From positions 54 through 64,053 of the forward strand of contig CAZHJN010000002.1 of assembly GCA_964532995.1 (NCBI GenBank): a stretch of DNA of 64,000 nt, given 5' to 3'. Of the stretch, positions 9,241 to 17,836 are shown piece after piece. The position numbers were made by a program, and so were the translations under genes. This stretch comes from an uncultured bacterium (GTDB taxonomy: Bacteria > Ratteibacteria > UBA8468 > B48-G9 > DTJG01). Position 1 is the stretch's first letter; every line of letters starts with the position of its first letter. The notes below the pieces were generated by a model that was given only the letters and a program-made list of their open reading frames with translations, made no database searches and was not told where the DNA came from.

Positions 9241-10254
9241 TTACTCAAAAAGAAAAAGTTGTTTATCTTCATCAAGTATAAGACGAGCAGCTTCAATGAC
9301 TTTTTCACAACTTATCGTTTTTATACACATGTAATTTTTACGACACCTGATTCTTTTGTTGCATGGAAAACAATCCATATCTGAATGGATATTGATGTAT
9401 TTTGTCCCAAGAGGACCATATCTGTATGGGTTTCCTGCGCCAAAGATACTTATCGTAGGAACCTTAGCAGCACAAGCAAGATAAAGAAACATACCATTTC
9501 TTGTTACAGCCAGATTTGATTCTGTGAGAAAAGCGGTTATATCCCGTGAATTCTTAATACATGTTGCATCTATAATATCATTTTTATGTTTTACTTTATT
9601 CTTTATTTCATGGATTGTTTGATCACCTGGTTCCCCAAAAAGAAAAATTTTTGCATTGTATTCTTCCACAAGTATGTCACAGAGTTTTGAATAATTATTT
9701 GAATCCCATTTATCAGCTATGTCGGGATTTCCGGTATGGATTGCTACTATTGTGCTGGAGGCTGGTATATTGTTATTTTTCAAAAATTGCTTTGTTTTTT
9801 CTCTGTCATTTTCTGAAATTGGAAAATAAAGTTCATTTTCGCGAGATCTTCCAAAATGAGGCTCAATCAATCTCATATAATTGACACTTTCATGGGTGAA
9901 AAATCTATCAGAAAATAACTTACTTGTCAGAAATGTAAGCTTCTTTTTTGCTCCGACAAAATATGGAAGCAAGGACGGTTGGAAACACACTGTAAGTTTA
10001 TATTTTTCATTGCGTAGGGTCCGGATGGTTCTTATGAATAAAATTTTGTTGTTGACTATTATTCTATCAAACCATCCCGTTTCTTTAAGGATTTCTACTG
10101 TTTTTGGTTGAACCACAATATCAAACCTCGAATCTCTGTTCTGTTCGCGTATTCTTCTTATCGCTGGCATAAGAAGAAGAATTGTTTCGGCATCATTACC
10201 GCTGATGATTAGAATTTTGTTTTGTTCAATAATTCTGCGATTTTCTCTGCGCAT
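9241..10254 (-). CDS. GT9 family heptosyltransferase (RfaF/RfaC-like)
   Basis: ILIISGNDAETILL...PAIRRI, C-terminal FGAGNPYRYGP; 337 aa. The true start may lie 3' of the track start, which would reduce the overlap with the upstream gene. Confidence 0.7.
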   Translation of the reverse strand: MRRENRRIIEQNKILIISGNDAETILLLMPAIRRIREQNRDSRFDIVVQPKTVEILKETGWFDRIIVNNKILFIRTIRTLRNEKYKLTVCFQPSLLPYFVGAKKKLTFLTSKLFSDRFFTHESVNYMRLIEPHFGRSRENELYFPISENDREKTKQFLKNNNIPASSTIVAIHTGNPDIADKWDSNNYSKLCDILVEEYNAKIFLFGEPGDQTIHEIKNKVKHKNDIIDATCIKNSRDITAFLTESNLAVTRNGMFLYLACAAKVPTISIFGAGNPYRYGPLGTKYINIHSDMDCFPCNKRIRCRKNYMCIKTISCEKVIEAARLILDEDKQLFLFE

Positions 10255-11288
10255 TTTTCTGACTCATTTAGAACTGGAAAGAACCCTTTTCTTAACATTG
10301 TTTTCAATAATTCCGGTATTTTTTCTAAATCTTCTTTTTGAACATATACGCAATAACCACCTTCAACCAGCTTTGATATGGTTGTATCAAAGACCGTTCT
10401 TCTGTTCTTTTTTCTTTTGACACCAAGAACAATTACAGGTTTTCCTGTTGAGCATGTCTCAGATATCATCGTTATACTATCCTCTGTAACAAAAAGAATA
10501 TCACATACCGAGAGAATACCAAAATAATGTTGTCCTGGTTTTACTCCGGGAAATTCACGGTAAACAAAGTTTGGTTTCATTGAGTTATTCCAGAGAAAGC
10601 CTGCAACGTCCTGTGGTGTCCTCCTGGATACAGTAAGCAGGTAAGAAAAATCGGTTTCTTTCAATTTTTGCAATGTTTTTAACAATTCCTTCGCCCAGTC
10701 AACGTCAATTGAATAATTCTGATCATTGCCTCCTATTATTAATCCAATTTTAATTGTGTTATCCGGAATTTTTATTTTTTCCATGAGTTTTTCTCTGGAT
10801 TTTTCAAGCAGATGCGATGTAATTCTGTTCGGTGCGCCAATTGTGGGGACAACATTTTTAAGTTTTTTTATCTGTGGATATCTTATAAAGTCGTGTAATG
10901 GAACAAATAGAATATCAAAATTTTTCAGCGGAACTCCTTCTGGTGTCATAATGCAAACGGATTTTGCACCAAATTTTTTAGAAATTAAAAGATTTATCGG
11001 TGCAAGAAATGAACCTGCCGATATGACTGTATCGTATTTTTGTTCATTCACATCTGTCACGGACAAGAGTCGGTATACAAAATCTGCAAGTTTATAAGCT
11101 TTCAAACATAACAAAAAACCGATTATTTTTGGCGCAACTTTGATTGAACCCTTTCTTCCGGGCAATCTATAGGTCGGTCCACGAAATTTAATATTCAGAA
11201 CATCGAAATTTATCTGTAAGGATTCCGCTATTCCTATGCTCTGATTTGTATTTCCTGGGATTCCATCATCAAGGACAAGGGTTTTCAT
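10209..11288 (-). CDS. ELM1/DUF1022-family putative glycosyltransferase
   Basis: N-terminus LVLDDGIPGNTNQSIGIAESL matches the ELM1-family signature (VLSDG-GHENQ-GLAEAL); 359 aa. Confidence 0.6.
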   Translation of the reverse strand: MKTLVLDDGIPGNTNQSIGIAESLQINFDVLNIKFRGPTYRLPGRKGSIKVAPKIIGFLLCLKAYKLADFVYRLLSVTDVNEQKYDTVISAGSFLAPINLLISKKFGAKSVCIMTPEGVPLKNFDILFVPLHDFIRYPQIKKLKNVVPTIGAPNRITSHLLEKSREKLMEKIKIPDNTIKIGLIIGGNDQNYSIDVDWAKELLKTLQKLKETDFSYLLTVSRRTPQDVAGFLWNNSMKPNFVYREFPGVKPGQHYFGILSVCDILFVTEDSITMISETCSTGKPVIVLGVKRKKNRRTVFDTTISKLVEGGYCVYVQKEDLEKIPELLKTMLRKGFFPVLNESEKCAEKIAELLNKTKF

Positions 11289-11292
11289 TCTT

Positions 11293-12051
11293 TTATAATC
11301 TTACAGGTATATTTCTGTCTCTTAAAAATTCCTTTATCTGCGCTATTGTAAGTATTTTAAAATGTAATAGAGACGCCAGGAGAACAGCTGACGCGTTTCC
11401 TTCAACCAGAACCCTGTAAAGATGTTCTATTGAACCTGCACCGCCGGACGCTATTACAGGAATTTTAACTGTTTCTGTAATTATTTTTGTAAGAGAAATA
11501 TCGTAGCCACTCTGTGTACCATCTGTGTCAATGCTTGTAAGAAGAATTTCTCCAGCCCCCAGTTCTTCAACCTGCTTTGCCCATTTTATCGCATCAATCC
11601 CTGTGGCTTTTTTCCCAGACTCAATATAAACCTCCCAGGTATTATAACCGGTTTTTTTTGCATCTATGGCGACTACAATGCATTGACTTCCAAACTTTTT
11701 TGCGGATTCATAAACAATGTCAGGATTTTTTACTGCTTGCGTATTTATGGAGACCTTATCTGCTCCATTTTCAAGCAGGATAAGAATATCTTCCACTGTT
11801 TTTATGCCACCTCCCACTGTAAATGGAATAGAAATATTTGAGGCGACATTTCTGACAAGTTCCTCTATGGTGTTGCGTTTTTCTATTGTTGCACTGATAT
11901 CAAGAAAAACAAGTTCATCCGCTCCCTGTTCAGAATAGTATTTTGCATAAGAAATGGGTTCGCCTGCAACTTTCAGATTTTCAAAATGAATACCTTTGAC
12001 AACCTTTCCATTCCTGACATCAAGACATGGAATTATTCTTTTTGTAAGCAT
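11293..12051 (-). CDS. hisF: Imidazole glycerol phosphate synthase cyclase subunit HisF (or LPS-associated HisF paralog, WbuZ/HisF2-like)
   Basis: [30 protein letters not shown]-barrel motifs; 252 aa. Confidence 0.85.
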   Translation of the reverse strand: MLTKRIIPCLDVRNGKVVKGIHFENLKVAGEPISYAKYYSEQGADELVFLDISATIEKRNTIEELVRNVASNISIPFTVGGGIKTVEDILILLENGADKVSINTQAVKNPDIVYESAKKFGSQCIVVAIDAKKTGYNTWEVYIESGKKATGIDAIKWAKQVEELGAGEILLTSIDTDGTQSGYDISLTKIITETVKIPVIASGGAGSIEHLYRVLVEGNASAVLLASLLHFKILTIAQIKEFLRDRNIPVRL

Positions 12052-12053
12052 CT

Positions 12054-12659
12054 TTATCTCATTTTAATGAAATTTTCAAGGAAAATTAAACCGCAACTGG
12101 CACTTTTTTCCGGATGAAATTGTACTCCGATCAGGTTTTCTTTTTGAACTATGGAAGCAAATTCAAGGCCATATTCTGTGGTCCCACATATAAAATTAGC
12201 TTCTTCTGGTACCGGATAGTACGAATGAGCAAAATAAAAGAAACTTTTGTTTGGTACACCTCCAACGAAATCAGATTCAACCAGTATTTTGACAGAGTTC
12301 CATCCCATGTGGGGAATAACGTAGCCCTTTCTTTCAGGGAATTTTTTTACACATCCTCTCAGAAGTTTCAACCCATCTAATTTACCTTCTTCGCTTTTCT
12401 CAAAGAACGTCTGTAATCCGAGACAGATTCCAAGAATTGGTTTTCCCTTTTTCATCTCTTCTTTAAGTTTATCCACGAATTCGTGGTTTTTGAGGTACTG
12501 CATGGCTTCATCAAAGGCGCCAACACCAGGAAGGATTATTCTATGAACTTTTGACAGTTGCTCAGGTTCTGAAATTATAAGAGTTTTTTCATCTAACCTT
12601 TCAATGGTATTCATCACACTGAATATATTTCCAGCTCCGTAATTTATAATTCCAGTCAT
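12054..12659 (-). CDS. hisH: Class-I glutamine amidotransferase HisH (or WbuY/HisH2-like paralog)
   Basis: INYGAGN-SV, ILPGVGAF, GICLGLQ, PHMGWN, FHPEKS; 201 aa. Followed by hisF after a 2-nt gap with no hisA between them. Confidence 0.85.
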   Translation of the reverse strand: MTGIINYGAGNIFSVMNTIERLDEKTLIISEPEQLSKVHRIILPGVGAFDEAMQYLKNHEFVDKLKEEMKKGKPILGICLGLQTFFEKSEEGKLDGLKLLRGCVKKFPERKGYVIPHMGWNSVKILVESDFVGGVPNKSFFYFAHSYYPVPEEANFICGTTEYGLEFASIVQKENLIGVQFHPEKSASCGLIFLENFIKMR

Positions 12660-12713
12660 TTCAGTTTCAAAACCTTATTGCAGGTTAATGATCGTTAGAC
12701 GAGAATTCAGAAA

Positions 12714-13667
12714 TTATGCAAACTCTATTGTGCCCGGAGGTTTAGGAGTTACATCATACAGAATCCTTACGATGCCAGGAACTTCGTTCAAAATTCTTTT
12801 AGTTATTTTCTCTATTTTCAACCATGGTACTCTGTAAGGTCTGGCAAGAAGTGAATCTTTAGTTACCTCAACTATTCTGATGGCTATGATATCGCCAGTA
12901 ACACTGGTGTCGTTTTGGATACCGGTTACTTTATCAACCAGCAGGACTGGAAAGCCCTGAAAAATTTTTGGGCTGTTTAATTCGGATTCCACAATGGTGG
13001 TAGCCTTCCTTATTTTTTTAACACGTTCGGCGGTTACTTCTCCTGAGATTCTTATCGCAAAGCCGGGTCCCGGGAAAGGCTGAATCCGCAGATATCTGGG
13101 GTGAATCCCAAGACTTCTGGCAACCATTCTTACCCTCGCTTTTGTGAGTTCCTTCAGGGGTTCAAATAACCCGAGTCCATAGTTCAAAGGATTCACCCCT
13201 GATTCATGGAGTACATTGAAGTGGAGTTTTATACCCTTTTGTGTTTCGATTATATCCGGTAGTATTGTTCCCTGAACGAGTATATCAGTTGAATAACTTC
13301 TCATTGCCTGACTCATGTTTCTGTAAAATACATCCCTGAAAATTTTTCTTTTTTCTTCAGGTAGGATTATGCCTTTCAGGGCAGAAAGAAATTCATCCTG
13401 TCTATCCCATTTCTGCAGTTCTATCCTGTATTTTTTATTAAAATGATCCTGCGTTTCTCTGACCTCATTTTCACGCAAGAGACCGGTCTCAAGAATAAGT
13501 GGGACTATCCTGTCTTTCTGGTCTTTAACAGCATTTAGGACGATTTCGAAGCAGACAAGACTATCTATTCCGCCTGATATGGCAACAAGAATCTTTTTGC
13601 CATCTGCAAAAGAACGAAAGGTCTGAATCTTTTTTGAAATAAATTTTCTTGGCCCAAATCTTTCCAT
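12714..13667 (-). CDS. Stand-alone GMP-synthase-type ATP pyrophosphatase (PP-loop plus GuaA C-terminal dimerisation domain); no glutaminase domain
   Basis: SGGIDS PP-loop, EEKRKIF, VQGTILPD, LHFNV, LFEPLKEL, QPFPGPGFAIR, NEVPGIVRILYDVTPKPPGTIEFA. Collinear with the GuaA C-terminal half. Confidence 0.75.
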   Translation of the reverse strand: MERFGPRKFISKKIQTFRSFADGKKILVAISGGIDSLVCFEIVLNAVKDQKDRIVPLILETGLLRENEVRETQDHFNKKYRIELQKWDRQDEFLSALKGIILPEEKRKIFRDVFYRNMSQAMRSYSTDILVQGTILPDIIETQKGIKLHFNVLHESGVNPLNYGLGLFEPLKELTKARVRMVARSLGIHPRYLRIQPFPGPGFAIRISGEVTAERVKKIRKATTIVESELNSPKIFQGFPVLLVDKVTGIQNDTSVTGDIIAIRIVEVTKDSLLARPYRVPWLKIEKITKRILNEVPGIVRILYDVTPKPPGTIEFA

Positions 13668-13706
13668 CGAGTTAATTGTATCATAATATCCTAAAATTTC
13701 AACTAT

Positions 13707-14684
13707 CTACAAATTTTTGTCAAGAATCATTTGCGTTTTTTCAATAAGCCAGTTCCTGAAAAATTCCGAATTATCAATATCTATTTTTACTGAAAGCGCC
13801 TGAACAGGAAATTTTATTTTTAACCGTCTTAATTTTGCAAGATCTTTTTCTGTTGTTATGGCAATATCAAATTTCAGTCGCGTAAAAATATCTTGCAGTT
13901 CAAGTACGTCTACTTCATCGTATTCGAAATGGTCGGGATATATAGCCATATATACTGATTCAGGGTTCAGCTTCTGAATCATATTTATAAATCCTTTTGG
14001 TCTGGCAATTCCGCATATACCAAGAATTCTTTTATTGGTGACTGTTGAAAGTGGGTATTTTTCTCCCTTAATGTTTACCAGATGAGTGGATACATAATTG
14101 ATGCTGAAAACCGGTTTACGAAATTCTTTTATTCTGTTGATTGTTTTCTTATATTTATTTGTTGTTCTCGGTACGGTTTCATTTACAAAAACAGCATCAG
14201 CATACCTGAGAAAACTGAATGGAAAGCGCATTCTTCCAGCTGGAATAAGAAATTTGACTGGGGTCTCTGGATTTATGAGAACCAGATCAATCTTTTTTTT
14301 AATATCAAAATACTGAAAGCCGTCATCTATAATAACAATCAGATCATTATTGTTCCTTGCAATTTCGGAAAGCAATGATCTTTTATGCTTCCCAGAAATT
14401 ACCCTTACCCCACTCAATGCACTGGCAATTTGAATTGGTTCGTCAATACTTTTTTTGTTTTTTGCATAACTTAAAATCACTGTTTTTATTGATAATTCTT
14501 GCAGGATTTTTCCTGTCTCAATTGTTAATGGCGTTTTTCCTGTGCCACCGAGTTCAAGATTTCCGATGGATATCACAGGTATTCCGATATGTTTTTTTTT
14601 CACACAAATACGTTTGATATAACAACCAAGTATCCATAAAAGGGATGCAGGATAGAAAAAGACAATCCAGAATGAAAAAAGCAT
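13707..14684 (-). CDS. lpxK: Tetraacyldisaccharide 4'-kinase
   Basis: VISIGNLELGGTGKTP P-loop after an N-terminal TM helix. I chose the start at MLFSFW (14682-14684). The longer track ORF (to 14816) would overlap the upstream gene by ~90 nt. Confidence 0.75.
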   Translation of the reverse strand: MLFSFWIVFFYPASLLWILGCYIKRICVKKKHIGIPVISIGNLELGGTGKTPLTIETGKILQELSIKTVILSYAKNKKSIDEPIQIASALSGVRVISGKHKRSLLSEIARNNNDLIVIIDDGFQYFDIKKKIDLVLINPETPVKFLIPAGRMRFPFSFLRYADAVFVNETVPRTTNKYKKTINRIKEFRKPVFSINYVSTHLVNIKGEKYPLSTVTNKRILGICGIARPKGFINMIQKLNPESVYMAIYPDHFEYDEVDVLELQDIFTRLKFDIAITTEKDLAKLRRLKIKFPVQALSVKIDIDNSEFFRNWLIEKTQMILDKNL

Positions 14685-14724
14685 CCTGTTGTTCTGGACG
14701 TAAATCAGGCAATCATAAAGCTTT

Positions 14725-15954
14725 TTAAAACAGGGTCTGCTGGACCTGATTTTCAGATAACAAAGGGTTGATTTTGACTGTGCCGAATTCTCCATCGTAT
14801 CCTGGTAGCACCACAAGTTTTTCTTCTCTCACAAGCTTTATTCCTTTTGCCAGTTCCTCTGGAAGATTTGAAAAGAGATCTTTCTCCGGTATTTCAAGGA
14901 GGATTTTAAGCTCTGGTCCGAGTTTTGCTATAGCCTGCCTGTACATTTGCAGGGTGAAAGTTGATTCCACTTCCTTATGATAGACAGAGGCTATTATCTG
15001 GTCCAGTGGTACAAGATGTTTGAAAGGAATTCTATTTTTTGCCTCATCCGGATTTTTTCTGTCTGCCAGGGTTGTCACCCTGTGCATAACACCAACTGTT
15101 ACCTTTTTACCGCAGGCCGGACATAAAAATTTGTTTTTTATGGTTTCCGAAGGTGAAAGCCTGATTTTACACAATCTGTGACCATCATAGTGATACTTTC
15201 CTTCCTCAGGAAAGTATTCTATTGTAAAAAGAAAACGGTTTTTATCTTTTGTTTTTAATATTTCTTTCAATTCTGAAAAACTGAACGGTTCAGAGAAAAC
15301 ATTTGCTTCTCTTCCGATCTTCTGGGGCGAATGTGCATCAGAATTTGAAACAAGAGAAAACCGATCCAGTTGTGAAAGCAACCAGTTCATTGGAGGATCA
15401 CTGCTCAGTCCTGTTTCAAGTGCGAAGATACTGCTGGTTTCTTCCTCAAAACAGTCTTCGATTCTATCAAAACCGGAATTTGCACCGAACAGGGAAAAAT
15501 GAGGAGTCCAGATATGCGCGGGTATTACAAATCCTTCTTCATCCGCGTCCTTTACAATTTTTACCAGCATCCTTGCATCTATTTGCAGAATGGGTCTTCC
15601 ATCGATCATCAGTTCCGAAAATTTCTCAAGAAACTTATTGAATTTTTCAGCGCTTTCAAAGGAAGAGAAAAATACAATATTATGAATTTTCCTGATAGAT
15701 TTATTTTTCGGAAATATGTTGTTAACTTCTCCTGTTAAAATAAAATCCACATCATCTCTTGTATATATGCCTTTTCTCTCTGAAGGTGAAAGTTTATTTT
15801 TAAGTTCTGCCAGCCATAAAGGATGTGTTATATCACCTGTACCGAGTATTGAAATCCCCTTATTACGGGCCCATTGACAGCAGTTCTCAATGTTCATATT
15901 TTTGCTTGTTGCACGGCTGAATCTGGAATGAATATGAAAGTCCGCGATATACAT
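14725..15954 (-). CDS. Endonuclease Q (EndoQ)-like PHP-domain nuclease with Zn-ribbon
   Basis: Collinear with archaeal EndoQ: ADFHIHSRFSRATSKNM, GTGD-HPLW, PAHIWTPH, SNSDAHSP-GREANVF, KYH-C, CPACGKKV-GV, VPLDQIIASV, VLPGYDGEFGTVKI. I chose the start at MYIADF, which has an AAGGGA RBS and sits 12 nt after the HIT gene stop. Confidence 0.75.
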   Translation of the reverse strand: MYIADFHIHSRFSRATSKNMNIENCCQWARNKGISILGTGDITHPLWLAELKNKLSPSERKGIYTRDDVDFILTGEVNNIFPKNKSIRKIHNIVFFSSFESAEKFNKFLEKFSELMIDGRPILQIDARMLVKIVKDADEEGFVIPAHIWTPHFSLFGANSGFDRIEDCFEEETSSIFALETGLSSDPPMNWLLSQLDRFSLVSNSDAHSPQKIGREANVFSEPFSFSELKEILKTKDKNRFLFTIEYFPEEGKYHYDGHRLCKIRLSPSETIKNKFLCPACGKKVTVGVMHRVTTLADRKNPDEAKNRIPFKHLVPLDQIIASVYHKEVESTFTLQMYRQAIAKLGPELKILLEIPEKDLFSNLPEELAKGIKLVREEKLVVLPGYDGEFGTVKINPLLSENQVQQTLF

Positions 15955-15965
15955 AGATTTTCCTT

Positions 15966-16451
15966 TTAAGTTTTTGAAAATTCTTTTTTCAGTATTTCTG
16001 ATAGTTGTTCCAGTGATTGTGAAATTATTTTCGTGGATGCAATAACAGGCATAAAATTGGTATCCCCGTTCCACCTTGGAACTATGTGTATATGAATGTG
16101 TCCTGGCAGTCCAGCTCCAGCACACATTCCGAGATTAATTCCAATATTAAACCCATTCGGTTTAATTGTTTTTCGCAGGATTTCAATACATTTCTTTATG
16201 GCCTCGAACATTTCTAAAATTTCCTGTTCAGAAAGTTGTTCAAAATCCTTTTTGTGTTTTCTTGGTGCAACCATAAGATGGCCGTTGTTATAAGGGTAAA
16301 TATTCATCACAATCATTGCAAAGTTGCCTTTCCATAACAGAAATTCAGTTTTTTTATTTTTCGCAGCTTCACAGAGAAAACATTTCTTACTCTTTTTTTT
16401 CTTAATAAAATTAATTCTCCATGGTGCCCACAGAAGATCGAGATTTTTCAT
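15966..16451 (-). CDS. HIT-family (histidine triad) nucleotide hydrolase
   Basis: HIHIHIVPR histidine-triad motif; 161 aa. Confidence 0.75.
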   Translation of the reverse strand: MKNLDLLWAPWRINFIKKKKSKKCFLCEAAKNKKTEFLLWKGNFAMIVMNIYPYNNGHLMVAPRKHKKDFEQLSEQEILEMFEAIKKCIEILRKTIKPNGFNIGINLGMCAGAGLPGHIHIHIVPRWNGDTNFMPVIASTKIISQSLEQLSEILKKEFSKT

Positions 16452-17829
16452 TTTTTCCTCTCATAAGGATTATAGCATCTGCTTTTTTGAGGTATTTTTT
16501 AAGTTCTGTTTTTTTATTTTGAAGTATACCACTCAGAACCATTTCTTCCAATTGTTTTTTGATATAGCCAACCTCTTTTCCAGGTTTGAGTTTCAGTATA
16601 TCCATTATATCAAATCCGGTGATTGCGAGTTTAAATTTTGCAAGTTTCATCTTTCTGTTAAGGTTTTTTATCCGTTCATAAAGATAAACGATTTTTTCTC
16701 TCGCCTGTTTTACCTTTTTTTCGTTTTTACTTGTAATATCAGATTGCGCAATTATAAACAAACCTTTCATATTTGTACCAACTTCGCGTATAAATCTTGC
16801 GAGAGCATTGTCAGTTGGATTTTCTTTTGCCAGCAGGTGTGGCCTGAGATGATATCTGATGAGGTGTTCTATAATTTCTGTTTCCTTTTGCGATATTTTC
16901 AACTTTTTGCACACCTTTACACTCATGTTTGCGCCGACAAGTTCATGTCTGTGAAACGAGACCTTACCATTTTCCACTTTAAGTGTTCTGGGTTTTCCTA
17001 TATCATGAAGTAATGCCGCAATTCTGAGTGTGGAGTTTTTTGTGAGGGCTGCAGTATTATCAAGGACCTGCAATGTATGTTCAAAAAGTTCTTTACATGG
17101 ATGGTCTGTTCTTTTTTCTTTAAGGGCTGCAACTTCTGGAAGTATAAGATTCAGAATTCCAATTTCCTCAAGCAGATAAAAACCTTTTGAAGGGTATCTT
17201 GCCATAATCATCTTCATAATTTCGTCAGCAATCCTTTCCTCACTAACTATTTGCAACCTTCTGGCATTACCTGCCATAGCCATTTTTGTTTTTTCTTCGA
17301 TTTCAAAATTCAATGCCGTTGCAAACCTGATTCCCCTCAGAATTCTGAGGGGGTCATCGTAAAAGGTTTTATCGGGATCCACAGGTGTTCTTATTATTTT
17401 CAATTTTATATCTTTTTTTCCGCCAAAAGGATCAATGAGTTCATCATTCAAAAGATTAAGAGCCATGGCATTGATTGTGAAATCCCTTCTTGAAAGGTCT
17501 TCAAGTACAGATGCACGTTTTACACATGGTTTTCTTGAATTTTTTTCATAGCTTTCTTTTCGAGCCGTGGCAAATTCTATCTTATTCTTTCCGATTTCTA
17601 TCATCGCTGTCCCAAACTTACCATAGAAAATTGGTGATGGATATCCATATTCTTTTGCAAATCCGCGTGCAAATTGCAGAGCATCTGTTTCCAGCATAAT
17701 ATCAACATCATGATTTCTACGTCTTAAGAATTTGTCCCTTAGATATCCACCAACCAGATATGGAACAGTGTTAGATTTTTCCCCGAAGTCTTTGATCTGT
17801 TTCAGTATAATGTCTGGCTTTAATAACAT
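16411..17829 (-). CDS. cca: tRNA nucleotidyltransferase (CCA-adding enzyme) with HD domain
   Basis: Pol-beta-type NTase head (GGYLRD...DVD), RRDFTINA, HD domain (LLHDIGK); 472 aa. Confidence 0.8.
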   Translation of the reverse strand: MLLKPDIILKQIKDFGEKSNTVPYLVGGYLRDKFLRRRNHDVDIMLETDALQFARGFAKEYGYPSPIFYGKFGTAMIEIGKNKIEFATARKESYEKNSRKPCVKRASVLEDLSRRDFTINAMALNLLNDELIDPFGGKKDIKLKIIRTPVDPDKTFYDDPLRILRGIRFATALNFEIEEKTKMAMAGNARRLQIVSEERIADEIMKMIMARYPSKGFYLLEEIGILNLILPEVAALKEKRTDHPCKELFEHTLQVLDNTAALTKNSTLRIAALLHDIGKPRTLKVENGKVSFHRHELVGANMSVKVCKKLKISQKETEIIEHLIRYHLRPHLLAKENPTDNALARFIREVGTNMKGLFIIAQSDITSKNEKKVKQAREKIVYLYERIKNLNRKMKLAKFKLAITGFDIMDILKLKPGKEVGYIKKQLEEMVLSGILQNKKTELKKYLKKADAIILMRGKNEKSRSSVGTMEN

Positions 17830-17836
17830 TTATCAC

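Noticed and set aside
12054-12659. Possibility that the HisH-like gene is the missing glutaminase subunit of a split GMP synthase
   Set aside because: The sequence carries HisH-specific features (HMGWN, FHPEKS) rather than the GuaA GATase signature (DFGSQY-type). It is kept as HisH, and the question is raised in the findings.
14685-14816. Upstream extension of the lpxK ORF (track start 14816), and the 16125 start of the EndoQ ORF
   Set aside because: These extensions create 70-170-nt overlaps with neighbouring genes and add non-conserved N-terminal residues. Internal starts with RBS-like context fit the family N-termini better.
16324-17013. 229-aa plus-strand ORF antisense to the cca gene
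   Set aside because: F/L/K-rich low-complexity translation of the AT-rich antisense strand. The minus-strand CCA-enzyme ORF is homologous along its full length.
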